Positions 63,874-64,000 of a stretch of DNA of 64,000 nt are shown piece by piece. The stretch lies in contig CP129473.1 of the NCBI GenBank assembly GCA_030583745.1, positions 76,551 to 140,550 on the forward strand, written 5' to 3'. Numbering within the stretch: the first letter of the stretch is position 1; each line of letters begins with the position of its first letter. A model generated the notes under the pieces. It did not search any database, was not told where the DNA came from, and was given only the letters and a program-made list of their open reading frames with translations. The DNA comes from Minisyncoccota bacterium (lineage in GTDB: Bacteria; Patescibacteriota; Minisyncoccia; Phycocordibacterales; BOKC01). The position numbers and the translations under genes are program-made.

Positions 63874-64000
63874 ATACCATCTCCTTTCTTGTTTTCTACA
63901 AAAAGCAACGAGCTTTTTGTTTGCGCTCTGTCCTCTTTCTTTATAACAAACCAAACCCCGCCTGACAACCACTTGAAAGCAAAGCTCCCAAGCTTTTTTA

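Noticed and set aside
1-64000. CRISPR array
   Set aside because: No regularly spaced direct repeats of 25-40 bp are seen anywhere in the window.

Overview
This 64-kb window is low-GC (~38–40%), compactly organised bacterial chromosome. Some GC-rich patches (55–60%) stand out against that background. Small proteins, a sortase/LPXTG pair and degenerate replication proteins suggest a reduced-genome lineage, possibly Patescibacteria/CPR-like; this is inference, not a database result.

Core genes recognisable from the translations:
- The dnaG–rpoD macromolecular-synthesis operon.
- A UvrD-type helicase fused to a RecB-like nuclease, a DsbA-like oxidoreductase, a DEDDy 3'-5' exonuclease and hisS.
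- SpoU methyltransferase, uppP and a FabZ-like hotdog dehydratase.
- HPF, fmt–def, a PriA-like protein, murA and two mreB paralogs with mreC/mreD-like/PBP2.
- holB-like, frr, rseP, proS, greA and lysS.
- A dcw segment: mraZ–rsmH–ftsL–ftsI–murF.
- yqeY, rmuC, rplU and a cluster of secreted/membrane proteins including an LPXTG protein and a sortase.

Two accessory regions are each attached to a tRNA gene.
1. Downstream of tRNA-Asn, a ~2.3-kb cassette (XRE regulator, SGNH hydrolase, NIF3-like protein, ASCH–Nudix) is bounded by ~210-bp imperfect inverted repeats. It is followed by two GC-rich small genes that share a palindromic upstream motif and consensus sigma-70 promoters.
2. An ~8-kb island lies between murF and tRNA-Glu. 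A perfect 244-bp inverted-repeat pair encloses:
- a ~650-bp GC-rich, ORF-free, highly self-complementary region with a tRNA-like element;
- a small YjzC-like gene;
- a group-II-intron-like (G2L-type) reverse transcriptase with a structured 5' RNA and no intron ribozyme domains;
- a complete LexA repressor fused in-frame to a C5-cytosine DNA methyltransferase;
- a convergent PD-(D/E)xK restriction-endonuclease candidate preceded by a C (controller) protein with a GACT…AGTC C-box.
A large serine recombinase, itself flanked by perfect 83-bp inverted repeats, abuts tRNA-Glu.

This RT + structured RNA + SOS-coupled R-M module on a possibly invertible, recombinase-associated cassette is the main candidate for a novel system.

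Other points of interest:
- A PriA homolog with degenerate Walker A/B motifs.
- A promoter-to-terminator ncRNA candidate in a GC-rich ORF-poor stretch upstream of tRNA-Asn.
- A proS leader containing tandem 14-bp repeats and an attenuator-like hairpin.
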